A DNA stretch of 51,923 bases, counting the filler, from Dirinaria sp. TL-2023a (taxonomy: Eukaryota): NCBI GenBank assembly GCA_051941275.1. It is 2 parts of 2 records of this genome, joined end to end, with 100 filler letters (N's around TTAATTAATTAA, not from the genome) between each part and the next. Parts side by side here need not be neighbours in the genome. Positions count along the whole stretch, not along the records: positions 26,044 to 51,923 come from JAVEBF010000168.1; 1 more part is not named here. The stretch is one strand, 5' to 3'. The notes beneath the pieces are model-generated. The model was given only the letters and a program-made list of their open reading frames with translations, had not been told where the DNA came from and did not search any database. The position numbers and the translations under genes are program-made. Within the stretch, counting starts at the first letter, position 1; every line of letters starts with the position of its first letter. Positions 37,692-50,131 of the stretch are shown piece after piece.

Positions 37692-38324
37692 TTAAGACGG
37701 GACTTCGTTATTGGTCTGAGGTTTAGGCCTCCTTTCGGCCTTGGACGACGTGCTTCTCTGACTTTTCCGTGGCTGGCGTCTTGCACCTTGAGGAAAGCGC
37801 TTATGTGTGCCACAAACATTGCAGGTAATGACGAGGACGTCCGCCCATGGTTTCTTGCGGTCACGGCTTGCATTCTCGATTCTGCTGGTGGAAGTCGACC
37901 CCGCAATGAGAAGGCCGTGGCACCTTTTGCAGATGGTATGTTTCAGCTCAGGGTTGAGCCGGATCTGGGTCTTCAGAGATATAGCTCTAACGGCAGAGAG
38001 TAATTGGTGTACTTGACCTGAACTGTTGACAGGTTGCGAATCGCTCGAATGTTGAGCTTGATGATTATCAATTCCTCGACTGGTGCTTTGAGTGGCTAGC
38101 ATGTTTGCTTTGACTGGCTCTGCTTGGGAGCTTCTCGTCTTTTCCTTGTCCAGTTCCTCATCTCTCGTAATCGCAGAATGCTTTTGCGATTTCGGGTTGG
38201 AGGTTTTGTGCATATGAAGCGCAGCTCGATACAAGTAGGAAATCCTGGACTGGAGGTGCTTTGGAGGGCCGCGGCGATCTCCCTTCTTAATTTTAGTGCG
38301 GGCCTTTCCCTTCTCTAAGTCCAT
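37692..38324 (-). CDS. RNase P/MRP subunit, Rpr2/Rpp21/Snm1 family
   Basis: HLQSRISYLYRAA, ISLKTQIRL..LKHTICKRC..L..G, TCNVCGTHKRFP (two CxxC zinc-ribbon pairs). Start uncertain (38324 or upstream 38387). Confidence 0.88.
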   Translation of the reverse strand: MDLEKGKARTKIKKGDRRGPPKHLQSRISYLYRAALHMHKTSNPKSQKHSAITRDEELDKEKTRSSQAEPVKANMLATQSTSRGIDNHQAQHSSDSQPVNSSGQVHQLLSAVRAISLKTQIRLNPELKHTICKRCHGLLIAGSTSTSRIENASRDRKKPWADVLVITCNVCGTHKRFPQGARRQPRKSQRSTSSKAERRPKPQTNNEVPS

Positions 38325-38827
38325 TAGGGCGAATGTACGAGTAGTAATGGAACATCGAGCCTCGTCTTTCTGTGCTCCGTCATACACAATAGAGAGCGCT
38401 TATCAATAATAATAATGAAGGCGTGTTGTGACGGGCCGGGGAGAATGAATGGGTCCGAAATTGGACTAGCGCGGTTTTCCTTAGCCGATTGCAGCGCCTC
38501 TGGTGCCTTTTTCTTCCCTCCCTCCAGCTTCATCCCCCGTTCCCATCAATCATTCACGTTCACTCTTCAGACCATCACCAAATCCCTCAGGCAAATTCCA
38601 TTCCACAAGGTCTTTACTCTTCCCTTATTTCCGTTTATCGAAATCATCATCATTATCATCATCGGCAACATCATCGAGACGACTTTTCGGTACTAGACAA
38701 CTCCGCCGAGTCGTTTACGGCCACTTCATACCAGACCCACGAATCTGTCTGCGACCTTCACACCAAGAACTTGTATCCGTTGTACCTGCCCCTCTCTAAC
38801 CTTTTGAATCCCCAAATACTACGCAAA
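38325..38827. promoter_or_regulatory. Probable bidirectional promoter between Rpr2-like gene and SUB2
   Basis: About 500 bp between divergent start codons, with pyrimidine-rich leader sequence on the SUB2 side; inferred from gene geometry only. Confidence 0.5.
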
Positions 38828-40805
38828 ATGTCTCACGAGGAGGACCTTATCGACTACTCCGACGAAGAGCTTCAGACAAATGAAGCGACAACAGCAGCAC
38901 CAATAGATGGTGTCACAAACGGCACCGCGGCAAAAAAGGGCGACTTGACCGTAACCGGCGGTGGTGCCGACAAAAAGGGCAGTTATGTCGGAATACATTC
39001 GACTGGTTTCCGCGACTTCTTGTTGAAGCCAGAGCTTCTACGAGCCATCACCGACTGCGGTTTCGAGCATCCATCGGAGGGTTAGTCATGACATTTCTCC
39101 CACACTCCCTTCAGTGCCAGAAGTCCCGAAGTCCGTCCATCTTTGCAAGAGAAGAAGAGCGTCGTTTGCCATACCGGATCTGCTGGCGAGTCAAGCTGGG
39201 TACTACGATCCAGTTTGAGTGTATTACAGCTGCAGGCAGCAATGATGACCGATAGCGTTCAATCCGGGCCTGTATACCTTATCGTCGATCTCAATGATCG
39301 CAAAAGTTGGGCTCTTGAGGTTGTGTGCACACGGGGATGCCTTGACCATCGCGCAGGCTCAGCGTGTCTGTTAGACATCAGATCCCTTATTGCTTCCTAC
39401 GGGTTTGGTGCTGTTCAGTGGTGGCATTGGGGTTTTGACTTTCGCCTGACGTCGGATACTGTACCAAAGCAAAGATGGACGGACGCGAGGCAATATATCG
39501 TCGCTGCCTTGAATTTATTCGAACGAACAAAGTCTAACATCGGCTGTGCGTCACAGTGCAACAAGTTTGCATCCCGCAAGCCATCCTTGGAACAGATGTC
39601 CTCTGCCAGGCCAAATCTGGACTCGGTAAAACGGCCGTCTTCGTCCTCACTACACTTCAGCAAGTCGAGCCAGTGCCAGGCGAATGCGCCGTCCTGGTCA
39701 TGTGCCACACCCGCGAACTAGCCTATCAAATTAAAAACGAGTATGCACGGTTTGCGAAGTACATGCCCGAAGTCAAGACGGCAGTGTTCTATGGTGGAAC
39801 ACCCATGCAGAAAGACATCGAAACGCTCGCCAACAAGGATACACACCCCCATATCATCGTCGCGACTCCAGGTCGTTTGAATGCGCTCGTCCGGGAAAAG
39901 AAGCTACGACTTGGTAGCGTCAAGGTCTTCGTGCTCGACGAATGCGACAAGATGCTGGATCAGATTGGTAAGTTCAATCCAACTTCATCTGGGTGCATAC
40001 AATCTAATTCAGCGATCCAGACATGCGTCGCGACGTCCAAGACATTTTTCGAGCCACTCCTACTCAGAAGCAGGTGATGATGTTCAGTGCAACACTTTCG
40101 CAAGATATCCGACCAATCTGCAAGAAATTCATGCAGAACCCTCTGGAAATCTATGTCGACGATGAAACAAAGCTGACACTGCATGGTCTTCAGCAATTCT
40201 ACGTCAAACTTAGCGAATCAGAGAAGAACCGGAAGCTGAACGAATTGCTCGATACCCTTGAATTCAACCAAGTCATCATCTTCGTCAAGAGCACTCTTCG
40301 GGCTACAGAGCTCGACAAGCTTCTACGGGAGTGCAATTTCCCTAGTATTGCAGTCCACTCCGGTGTTAGCCAAGAGGAGCGGTAAGCATTGATCTCCTCT
40401 CTTTTTTTCCAAGGACTTTCATTGACAATGTGTCAGTATCAAACGCTACAAGGAGTTTAAGGAGTTCAATAAGCGGATCTGCGTCGCAACCGATGTCTTT
40501 GGGCGTGGTATTGACATTGAGCGCATCAACCTGGCTATCAACTACGACTTACCTGGTGATGCCGATTCCTACCTCCACCGCGTCGGTCGAGCCGGACGTT
40601 TTGGGACAAAGGGTCTCAGTATCTCATTCGTAAGCAGCGATGATGACCAGAGCGTGCTGAAGGCGATTGAGAAGCGGTTCGAAGTGGCTTTGCCGTAAGT
40701 CATCCCCTGTTCGTACGGGAAATGGTGCGTGGCCCCATTGACTAACATGGTTCCAGTGAATTTCCTGCCGAAGGCGTAGACTCGAGCACATACATGGCAA
40801 ATTAG
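38828..40805 (+). CDS. SUB2: ATP-dependent RNA helicase Sub2/UAP56 (DECD box), 5 exons
   Basis: [49 protein letters not shown] | [30 protein letters not shown]; ends STYMAN*. Confidence 0.98.
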
Positions 40806-41094
40806 AGCGCGGGCGGTCAAACTATACGATGCCTTTAAAGACTGCCACTCTTTATTGCGCTGCTCTCACACCAACAAAATTGTGCTTATGCTTGTCACAC
40901 GGGTGGAGATAAATTGTTTCACATGGTTTATTTTCGGGGTCGCCAGGCGATGTACTCTAGACGGAAGCATGTCTTAGGCAGCACCAGCAATGCTTCAGTA
41001 TCAATGCTTCAATTTTGAGCTAAAAAGTGACACTGCTCTAGGCCAATGAATTTTTGGGGTTTCACAAAGGCAAGACTTTTGTAATGATGTGGTG

Positions 41095-42225
41095 CTATAA
41101 ATCCTCGTCCTCGACCTCCTCCATCTGCACTGCCCTGCCTCCCTCTGTCGATGATATCGACTCTTCTGCAGCGCCAGCTGTCTCCGCATCCTCCATAGCC
41201 ATCTCCCGCGCAAACCTCTCCTCTTCATCTAACAACCTTCTCCTCTCCTTCTCCCTCTCATCCGCATCACCATTGCCCACAACCAGCGTAGTGTCATTCC
41301 CCATGCTGGTCCCACTCTGAACCCCATACCCAGCCCTCTCTAACATTTCCAGCTCCTCTTCCTCCAATAATCTCCCTTTCCCCTTACTGGCATCCAGATT
41401 CTTCCTCACAGCCGCCGGCACAAACCTAGCCGTAGCCTCCTTCTTCAAATCCCTGACCTGCGGTTTGGCCTCGTACACCGTCCTCCCTCCACCTCCCCCT
41501 CCTCCTACACCAAAATTCCCAGCACCATTCACCGGTTTACTCGGCAACGACAGATCCAATTGCTCCGCCTGTTCTCCTGTCGCCGCATGAAAGTCTCCCC
41601 TCCTGTTCCCCAAGGGTTCTAAATTCGCATTCCCCCTCCCCCGTCTCGGAAGTGGGGGCGGCGTATCCCTCGGCATCGGTATCGCACGAACACTCTCGTC
41701 CGTCTCACTCCCTGTACTACTATCTTCCCTTTCTGGGCCCTGCCCTGCTCCTCTCCCTCTGCCAATGTCTCGATCATCCTCATCCCTCCCCCTCTTCCTC
41801 CCAGCTATCACTCCTCCTGCACCTCCTCCACGCGCGGGGACAAGATCAGGTCTCGCATCCCTCGCTTTCTTGACGCGAGCGAGCTCCGCCTCTAGATCCT
41901 GTAGCTGCTTCTTGTCCCGCGCGCTGAGGCTGCCGGGGTCGACTGCCTTGAGATCTGCAATCTGTCGCTCCAGGCGGGAGGGGTTGCGGGTTGCAAGGCG
42001 GGCGGTGCGGGAGGCGGCGACGGCGGCTTTGCCTGTGGAGTTTAGGTGAAGGGCGTTAGTATGTTCATGTTGACTGGACTGTAAGGTACCTTAGGGTAAG
42101 GAATAGTATGCTTAGTGGGAAGTGGGACAGCAGTGGAGGAGCAGACCTTTTTTCAGGGCTTTTTGCTTCTCTTGCTTGCGGTGCGCTGCAGCGGGGTTGA
42201 GGGTGCGGTCTTTGTCTTTCGCCAT
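41095..42225 (-). CDS. WW domain-binding protein 11 (Wbp11)-domain protein, 2 exons
   Basis: MAKDKDRTLNPAAAHRKQEKQKALKK | GK..ARLATRNPSRLERQIADLK..LEAELARVKKAR; IPMPRDTPPP, YEAKPQVRDLKKEA..FVPAAVR, VQMEEVEDEDL*. Confidence 0.85.
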
Positions 42226-42706
42226 CTTTTGTTTAGCTCGATGGGGGAAGAAGCTTCAGGAGGGTCCTCCTGAATGTTCGAGATCTATTTCGTGGTGAAG
42301 GACTCATCTATACCTGGTTAGGCTTCTAGCCATCTTTAAAAACACGCAGAATTGGGCGTGGCTGTTAATGAATGTGGTGGCGTGCAGAGCCATGTTTACT
42401 TATGTCATCGCATCAGTGGCTTGGATACGGCTATAAAAGCACATGAGGCTGGGTTCATTTCACATTGCTTTTTCATCGACAACGGTGGCATATTTAAGCA
42501 TGCATAGCCCGTAGGCTTAAGGCTGCATTTATTCCTAGCACTGCAGCGAGCGTTCATCTAGCATACACACCCCATTGCACAATACTCCACCATGCCAGGC
42601 AACGTTATCCTCATTGCCCCAACGAGGTCCTTCCAGGAAAGGAGCCGCTCGCGTACGCTCCGAAAGACAAAAGGAAACCGGACGTAGGGGGTATCATAAG
42701 AAGCGC

Positions 42707-43479
42707 CTATTTGTTGCTGGAGCCTGATTCGGAGATCTTGTTAGCGATGTCTGTGATGTGGTGAGTCTCGATCTTCTAAGGTGAAGAAAACAATGAAAGC
42801 TTACCAGAGACGGTGTCGGAAACTGTCTTGGCAGCGTTGGAGGCTAAGTCCTGAGCAGTCTCGAGATAGGATTTGCCAGTCTCAGAAGCTTCGCCAGAAG
42901 AAGGTGCTTTCTCAGAGGCCTGGCTGGCGAGATTGGATGCAGTGTCCTGAGCACTCTGGAGGTAGCTCTTTGCGGTGCCTTGAACATCACCACCGGAGGA
43001 CGGAAGGTTCTCTGAAGCTTTGTTGCTGTAGTCGGAAGCGGTATCCTGAGCACCTTGCAAGAAGCTCTTGCCTTGATCCTGGGCACTATCTGCTGTAGAG
43101 CGGGTCTGGTCACTGAGCTGCTGGGTGGTCGATTTCGAGTCACCTGGCGAAGTATTCAGGTAAGCCTTGTTCGTTTTCTCCGTAAGATCAAATTTCGACA
43201 GTATAGAGCAGATTTGAGGGGATCACATACCTGGTTGCACACTGCCGGCTAATTTGTCGCCATAAGAAGTAGCAGACTCAGAAGCCTTGTCGAGCCCCGA
43301 CTTCTGGGAATCGGGAGTCAACTTCTCTTGGGCTTGTTCACCAAGGCCTTTACGTCTATAGCACAGTTTTGTTAGCTGCTTGGAAGCGAACAAAAGGTTT
43401 TTTGGCCAAAATTTTAGATAGAGAAATTTACAGTATGTGGCAAGGGATGTTTGTAAGAGACTTACCCAAAATCAGACAT
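42707..43479 (-). CDS. HSP12/LEA-like hydrophilic stress protein with repeated C-terminal extension, 4 exons
   Basis: MSDFG | RKGLGEQAQEKLTPDSQKSGLDKASES..DKLAGSVQP | GDSKSTTQQLSD (Hsp9/12 signature), then three KS(F/Y)L..AQD.AS repeats; last exon IANKISESGSSNK*. Confidence 0.88.
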
Positions 43480-44065
43480 CGCGGGCAAAGATTTCAAATA
43501 AGAAAGTGGTAAGGGGTTTTGGAAGTTAGCAGTTGGAGATCGAAGATACTTCAGTGCTAGTGAAGAATTGAGGACGAGTTTGGGGGAATGGAGGTTTGAG
43601 AAGAAGAAAAATCAACACAGGTGGGGGTTTTGTAGGCGAGGATAAATACCCCACTTGCGTAATGTGCTCAAACAGGCACACGATCACGTTAGAGCTTCTT
43701 CACATGCCAAAACACGGCTGCACCTGCCTTCCAACACCCACACAACCTCACAGTAGAATGAGTCTACAAATTCATGACTTCACTTTACACACCCTCAGCA
43801 CTTCCTCTGTTCTGGGTGACACAGCATGTCTTGCTAGACTGTCACTGGCTACCTAATGGATGATACATCATTGCTAAGGAGCGCTCAAAAAGGCTTATGG
43901 AGCTTCTAGGTGTTGTCAACGATGCAAGGCTGGATCTATTGACCGTATCTCTCTCGAGATTTGAGCATACTCCGCATAACCCATTCTGGAATTGCTTCTT
44001 GTGAGACAACAATATTGAAATTATTCGGCGTTGCTGGAATGGAAGTATCGTCGGCATGGAAACAA

Positions 44066-44590
44066 TCACTGGGCTGAGGGTGCATCTTGGATCACCACAA
44101 GAAGGAACTTTGGATCTATGCGATACGTCAGTTATAATTATCTCTGGCTCAGTGGTGTTTCCAGCTACTGACCCGGGACGATGACAATCTCATTCCTGCG
44201 GGTTCGAAGGCGCAGAAGCCGCATCTCATCCGAAGCATTCATCCCTTCAGCAAAGCTCTGAGCCGAAGACATGAAGGAAAATACCATCCTAGCAACCTTC
44301 TCCGCGTCTTTATCCGCATCACTGCCCAATCCATTGGGCCCGCCGTCAGTAGCTGAAACATTTCCAAATGACTCAGTGGCTGGGGATGAGGGTGCATTTG
44401 TGGATTGCGCTAGTAGTCCGGTGCTTCGGATGATAGAACCATCATTCTTTGAGAGAACTAAAGTGGACTGTACGCCAGGTTTCGCTGCCAGTCTGGACAG
44501 AACCTCGAGTGTCGTCTCGCCCTGTTCTTGAAGCTTCAGCAAGCCGCTACATCTTAATTCGATTGGAACACTGACCGTAGTCCGACTCAT
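44066..44590 (-). CDS. Roadblock/LC7 domain protein (dynein light chain roadblock type), 3 exons
   Basis: LSRLAAKPGVQSTLVLSKNDGSIIRSTG, RLLRLRTRRNEIVIVP | DPKFLLVVIQDAPSAQ*. Confidence 0.88.
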
Positions 44591-45224
44591 AGTAGAATTT
44601 ATGACAACTACCTAGTCTCTAGTTCAGGTCTGGACTAGGTTCTCACAAGGTGAATATTGAGCCTGCGCCAGAGTTCCGAAGAGTTGTAAAAGGTTGGAAT
44701 GATTCGCAAATAGTGCCCTCTGGACCTATTTTTCAGTGATGATAAACTTAATCAGGGAAACTTCCATCACGATCTCCAACACAGACAGTCGTAATTGGCT
44801 TTGAGACTGCCATAGAGGATCTTGAGCGCAGTCAAGCTTAAGCAGACTAAAGTTTGTAATGTCCAAACCGCAAATTTTACGATCTTGACCCGCCCTCACA
44901 ATGACCGTCAACACATGCAAGGGCCCTTCTAGGGTTCAGAGTGCCTTTTCGCCGTCAGCTGCGGTAAAATTCCACAAATTTTTCAAAGAAGTACCAAAGA
45001 TGAGGTGTAACAGTGTCTCGAATTCTCGTTGCAGCATATGGTTCGCTTCATGAGCTTTGCGCGCTTGTCATCAAGAAAACTTACAGAGTCCTTCCCAAAA
45101 TTGCGCACTAATCGATGGAAAGAACTTTGTACTACAGTGTCTTCAGAAGTTTGATCTAAATGCAGAGTCCTAATGTCGCCTCTTGTTGGAGAAGACTGAA
45201 GAAGCCACGACCTTTGGAAGACCA

Positions 45225-46341
45225 ATGGGTTCCAGTGCAAAAAAGAAGAAAGATAGGAAGAAAGATTTCCAGGTTCGCATGAGGGTGAAAAAGCTGCTCA
45301 CTGAACACCACTAATGACGGACAGAAACCCAAGCTGAAAGTTGGTAAAGCGAGGCCAAAACCTAGTAACTTCACGGACACGAGCTTCAATGCAAGATGTA
45401 AGATATTGGCTTTCGCGAAACAGCCGTACAAGCATTGACGTGCTCTTCTAGCTATTGTGCTCAATCAACAGTCTCTAAGCAGCGTTGCACCTTCTGCCTT
45501 GTTGCAATTTTCCCACCATGTCGGACTCCTCACAGCTCGGTCGGACACCCAGCGTCGGGATTCCCTAAATTACCTTACCTCTGCTATGGCCCGGCCGCCA
45601 CAGGAGGCTCAGATCCACCTACCTGTTGCTATACTGCTACCAAAATTGCTGCCATTGACACTGGACGGCAATAATGGAGTGCGTGTGCAGCTTCTGAAGC
45701 TACTTCGTTCTCTACCCGTGGAAGACGTCAAAGATCACATGGAAAGTCTATCCTTGTACATTCGAGCAGGACTTACTCACCTTGCGGCTGACATTCGCAC
45801 TTCTGCCCTCGAGGTCCTGGGTTGGGCGCTGGAAGCTGACAGCGAACAAGTGGTTTCTTGCCCTGGTGGATGGGTAAAGACTCTCAAAATTCTACTGACC
45901 ACTCTGGCTTGGACGGATGATGCTACACTTGCCGGATGGACATCCAGTCGTGCTATCATCGGTCGTACAAGTTCAGGCGATAAAAGCGTTGCCAGAGCAC
46001 TCAGTATGCTTGCAATGTTCCTACGCGCTGGTCTTGAGATGCCCAAGGAGCCAGAAAATACTACAGGAGTGCAAGTGACTTTCCCACTATGGCATAGAGA
46101 GTGCCATATGCTGCCTCGGAGATCCAATGCATACGTATACTTAGACTTGTTCGGAAAGTCCAAGGACAGGGAAGAAGAAGCTTATGAGGATAGAGAAGAG
46201 AGGCAAAGAGTATTTGCGGCAATATTCCAGAGCAAAGTTTGGAGAGGAGCGGCAGCTGCACGTAAGGAGGGTGGGGAGATAGGCAGAGCTGCTGTAATGC
46301 TACTGAATATCCTAGAAGACTCTAAGAGCGCTCAACAATAG
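45225..46341 (+). CDS. IPI1: Pre-rRNA-processing protein Ipi1 (Rix1 complex), 3 exons
   Basis: MGSSAKKKKDRKKDFQ | KPKLKVGKARPKPSNFTDTSFNAR | SIVLNQQSL; LLPLTLDG..VR.QLL.L, YIRAGLTHLAADIR. Confidence 0.93.
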
Positions 46342-47320
46342 AAGATCAGTACTGATTTTGTTGCACGTAGGTGTTCCAGTCTTAGCGACCTATTCTCTCA
46401 TCCCATGATAACAATAAAAATTTTCAAAGTTTTTAATGAAAATACGTGCAACTGCCTACAGCATCTGAAAAATCTTGGAATATCAATTCCAGTTGGAAGA
46501 CTATTTCTTCGATGCGCACATCATCTACCTTATCGTACTTTACCTACATACCTACATGTACTCTACCCCGAGGTGGTACCTCGGTAAGGTAGGTACGTTA
46601 TATGTGAGTATAGAATGACGTCACTGTGCATAACTAAGCTAAGCAAGGTTTAGTGCATCAAGTAAATCGCTTTATAACAGACTTTCGTCACGTCAAATAT
46701 CAAAATACGATTCAAAGCCATCAACTCGCGATAAGGTAGCGATCCCTTCTCCTCCTGCACTGCATCAAATATTTACCTTCCAATATTGTTGAGGCAATAA
46801 CGACAAGAACAAGATCGAGTCTCTCTCTCACTATTGGTCGATTCACTCAAAGTTCACTAAATTTTCACCTGTGATCGAAACTTGAGATAGTCTATGAGGT
46901 CGTTGTCTTTGAAATACTATTTCGAAGGTAGAAGTCAAGTAGGTTCAAGATCGTCTTAAACGTCAATAAGCCTATCCTGGCGTGCGTTTCATGCTTCAGT
47001 AAAGTCATTAATGTATTTTGATCAGTGCTATCTAAATTTAGTTTTTTTTTACTACTGGATGCTTCTGCTTCGAATCTAATCACGATCATTTATAATCCTA
47101 TTATCTAATAAACTTGCTATTAATTGTTGGCTCCTCTTCGCTACTTTCTAGCTGCAAAGGAATTGTCTAACTGACTTACGCTTCGAATTTAGTTAACATC
47201 GAGAATTAGCTAAAGTCGGCTGGCTCTTTAACGCTTAAGCAGAAGGTATATATCAGCTATTGAGTCGCAGTAAAGTCATTCACTATTGATTAAATTCGTC
47301 TGTTTGACCGGTATATAGGA

Positions 47321-49331
47321 ATGAGGACTTCGCTAGGCTCGAAACACCGTGGGAGGCAATCGGTAGCAAAACAGAACGGAAACACTGAGCTTGTTCACAG
47401 CTCACCTGAAGCTGAAGGAATAGATGATTTCGATGAAGATAATTCTGATGAAGAAAATGAGGATGGTTTCCACGACCAACGGATGCCTGAACAGCATCCT
47501 GCGGTTAGGACTACAGTACAATTGATGGGTACATTGACTTTCCTATCTATTACGGAGCTCCCAATGTTTGCTAAGGTTTTGCAGAGCTAATGGATGGGGA
47601 TCGTCCTTATTTGGATCTCAATCCGCATTATCAGCGTGAAGTCGTGTGGACTCGGAGCGCAAAGCAAATGCTAATCGACTCAATGTTTCACGGCTTCTTC
47701 ATCCCACCAGTGAGCTTCGAGTCAACTAAGTGGTCACCTTCGCCGAAGCTAATTCAGCGCAGGTCATCTTCAATGTACAAAAAGTGGTTGATGAGAATGG
47801 TGCGTCTAGATACATGCGAACTTGTGTCGATGGCAAACAGGTCAGTAGACACTCAGTGCTCTGTATGAAAGGCGCTGTCATTAATCATGGACAGCGGCTA
47901 ACGTCCATCCGTGAGTTCATGAGAGGGCGATTACCATGGAAAGTTGGCAAAAAGGATTGGTAGGTTTGAAGCACCCTCCTACATAAAGAAAGTTACTCAT
48001 TGTGATCTGTACAGGTATTACACGACACCAATTAAGGAAGATGGCTCACGGATACCCAAAGCAGAAACCAAGTCTATACTTCCCGCAGGACAAAAAGAGC
48101 TCTTTGCGAAGAAAGCCTTACTGTGTGTTGAGTACAAAGACTTGACTGAGCAACAGGAAATTGAGTTGTTCCAGAGGGTGCAGCTTGGAAAGCCTCTAAC
48201 CAAGGCAGAGGTTTTTCGGGCTTCGCAGGGTAAATGGCAGGACCTGGCCAGAGTCTTTGTGCAAGAATACTCAGAGGTCATCAATCGTAAATCTTCGACT
48301 CATACCTGCTGGAATCAAGCTGACCCGCTTTAGTTTCTCGACAGAACAACCGTGCTTCTGGATTCTGGGCAGTGCTTCAATGCTTCGCACAGATTGTCGA
48401 GTGCCAGGATCCGGGCGGCCCAAACGGTGTGCCTAGATTGCGAAATCGAATACCCGCCATCGAGCAGCTTTGCATGATTGAAGACGCCCTTGATGAGACA
48501 ACAGAGAACCATCTCCGCAAAGTCTTCGACCGGTTCTCAGAGCTTGCCCGGGATTATCCCTCGACCTTTGAGAGCAAACACTACAAGAGAGCTAAAGCGT
48601 TCTCGCCGATTGAGCAGCTTGTCGTTTGCGCTATGATATCTGAATGGGGGGATAGCCGCTCTAACTGCATGCTGCATGGAGATATCCTTTTGCTGCGTAA
48701 AATGCTCCGAGACACGACAGAGGAGCTGAGAGGAAATTGGGCATGCTGGAAGATGTCCTGGGATTACATTGATGAGCTAGAGAGTTATCGCGGAACTACC
48801 GACGGAAGCACGGCTGAGAAGCGCCCATCTAAAAATGAAAAACGGAGCACTCGTCGTCAGGGAATCGGAAATCCGCTACCATTGGTAAGAGCCGCAGGCC
48901 CTAGTGCTGTTTCAGGTGCACCTAAAGTACCTAGTATGCTTCCACGTGACGAAACACCGGCAGAACCCGATGAAGATTATCGCCCGCCAGGCCAAAGTCG
49001 AGGTGCAGCTCGAGGTGCAAATGTGGCTGGGCGTCGACAGGCTCCGAAGGTTACCATGTCCAGTACGGCCCCAGTACATACTACTACTCTACCTTTTGCC
49101 AGAAGACGGCCCATGGATCCCCCCGAAGACGAGTCCGATTCTAGCTCAAGCTCGGATGACGATGCTACTTTGAATGGAACAGCTGCCGCGAGCAGTGCAA
49201 CCTCGAACACTACGGCGAGCTTAGCAAGAAAGAGAACCATCTTGGATCTCGGCACCGGCAGTAATGCTGCTCAAGACCTGGAGGCCAAGAAGGCCAAATT
49301 GAACGCTACCCGGGTCAAGCAGGAACCCTGA
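47321..49331 (+). CDS. DUF262 (GmrSD/ParB-Srx superfamily) domain protein, 6 exons
   Basis: Introns 47529-47584, 47710-47762, 47841-47894, 47960-48014 and 48287-48333 give one frame: LDLNPHYQREVVW..LIDSMFHGFFIPPVIF..CVDGKQRLTSI.EF..EIELFQRVQLGKPLT. Start codon less certain. Confidence 0.88.
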
Positions 49332-50131
49332 CGGCCGGATTCAGGTGATCATTCTGCAAAACGCTTTTATGAGAACGCCGAGGATAACCCCGATATCTGA
49401 TACTTATTGTTTTGCATCCAAGCTTAGGAGTTTGCTGAGCGGGCTTCGGAAAAAGTGGTTCGTCGATTTTGAGAGCAGAAATTATTTTGGTCTCTTTGCT
49501 TTGCTTGCTGCACTATTGCATTGGAGCATCCTTCAGGACCAACAGAGCCTTCGCAGCTATTTTTGATCTGACATGAGCATTGTTAATGTTACAAGCTACT
49601 GCTCGCTGCTTTACTCTTATTAGATGATACGATAGAACCCGACTCTCTTTCTGCTTTCAATTCGCAATCACATTTTTTCGCTATGAGAGCCTCGCAAAGT
49701 ATAGAGCACATAAGCCTGTCCTAATGGTGTAATTGGTTCCAATCGGGGATGCGTCATTCAGGGTTCCTTTAAGGTAAGGAGTAATAATATACTAGGTAGG
49801 TAGGTAAGGTAGTGTCAGCAGTTGATAAGGTAGAGGACCCTTGATACCTATCTCGGATACCTACCTGTAGACACCTCGGCACACACGCCTGGGCTTGGCA
49901 CTCGCTAAATCTTTCCCTCTTCTTAGCTCCAATCAATATCTTGGCATGGATTCCGGCTCCACCACCGATGAAAAGTACAAGCTGCAAGAAGCTTTCTTCG
50001 CCAGCCGACTGTGGGAGATCTTGCTCGTACAATCGAGAGAGTGTTGGACAGAGCTGCTTTTCTCTTCTTCTCGTATTACATCTCAAGCAGTCAGACACCC
50101 TTTCGCATAAGCGTATCCGACCTCCGCCATC

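Noticed and set aside
39143..39721. 192-aa ORF overlapping SUB2
   Set aside because: Non-ATG start, runs through intron 1 and out of frame over exon 2; no protein family features.
49715..49775. tggtgtaattgg resembling a tRNA D-arm
   Set aside because: No T-loop consensus or cloverleaf downstream.
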